Origin: Alloascoidea hylecoeti
Taxonomy: Eukaryota
Assembly (NCBI GenBank): GCA_001600815.1
Contig: BCKZ01000041.1
Coordinates: 1-64,000, forward strand
DNA: 64,000 nt
Direction: 5' to 3'
The notes under the pieces are model-generated. The model ran no database searches, was not told the DNA's origin, and saw only the letters and a program-made list of their open reading frames with translations. This document shows, piece after piece, positions 63,684 to 64,000 of the stretch. The translations under genes and the position numbers were made by a program. The stretch's first letter is position 1. Each line of letters begins with the position of its first letter.

Positions 63684-64000
63684 ATGGCAATTGATCCAAC
63701 TCTAGAATATAACAAAGATCTTCATCCTCTTGAAGAATGGAACTTGTGGTACTCCAAAAATGAAGCTGAAATATTGAAGATAACAGATTACAGCTGCAGC
63801 TACAAAGAAGTCGGTACAATGAGATATTATAAATCTTGCGAATACAAAGATATTTTTGGTAAACATACCATCTGGTCACCTTTCTTAACGGGTTCTGAAT
63901 GGGAGGAGCAACCATTAGACAAAAATAAACCACCAAATACATATCAACCACCAATCATATATGAACTACCGAGCACATATCAACCAACCAGCCCTTACAT
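63684..64000 (+). CDS. Uncharacterised family, copy 8, internally deleted, open to the window end (not in the ORF track)
   Basis: MAIDPTLEYNKDLHPLEEWNLWYSKNEAEILKITDYSCSYKEVGTMRYYKSCEYKDIFGKHTIWSPFLTGSEWEEQPLDK...; family upstream region at 63408-63683. Confidence 0.72.
   Translation, partial: MAIDPTLEYNKDLHPLEEWNLWYSKNEAEILKITDYSCSYKEVGTMRYYKSCEYKDIFGKHTIWSPFLTGSEWEEQPLDKNKPPNTYQPPIIYELPSTYQPTSPY

Noticed and set aside
1..64000. CRISPR array, rRNA genes, intact transposase or reverse transcriptase
   Set aside because: None seen; the sequence is eukaryotic, with no regularly spaced repeats or long mobile-element ORFs.

Overview
AT-rich eukaryotic DNA from a budding yeast (Saccharomycotina-like genes, short GT..AG spliceosomal introns). 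Conserved genes: an M28 glutamate-carboxypeptidase/transferrin-receptor-like gene (VPS70-like), a DAL5-family permease, INO1, URB2 (1 intron), a class I SAM methyltransferase, UBP6 (3 introns), MIC19 (1 intron, absent from the ORF track), a YTH m6A reader (PHO92-like), a CRH-family GH16 and a DFG5/DCW1-family GH76. Between them lie long gene-poor stretches full of decayed material. The most striking structure is a family of eight divergent paralogues of a small (140-200 aa) protein I do not recognise (consensus MAIDPTPxYNKDLHPxEEWNxWY...WSPLLT...RDLRPR). All eight carry a shared ~250-300 bp upstream region, several are truncated or pseudogenised, and four form an A-then-B pair present twice in inverted orientation. 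Also notable: a retrotransposed mature tRNA-Pro with CCA, a 15-bp target-site duplication and lesions at known modified positions; a Met-rich single-TM protein under two Mac1-type copper elements; and relics of F-box/WD40-like genes, a pectate lyase, LTRs and a hAT-like MITE. All assignments are by eye; no searches were run.
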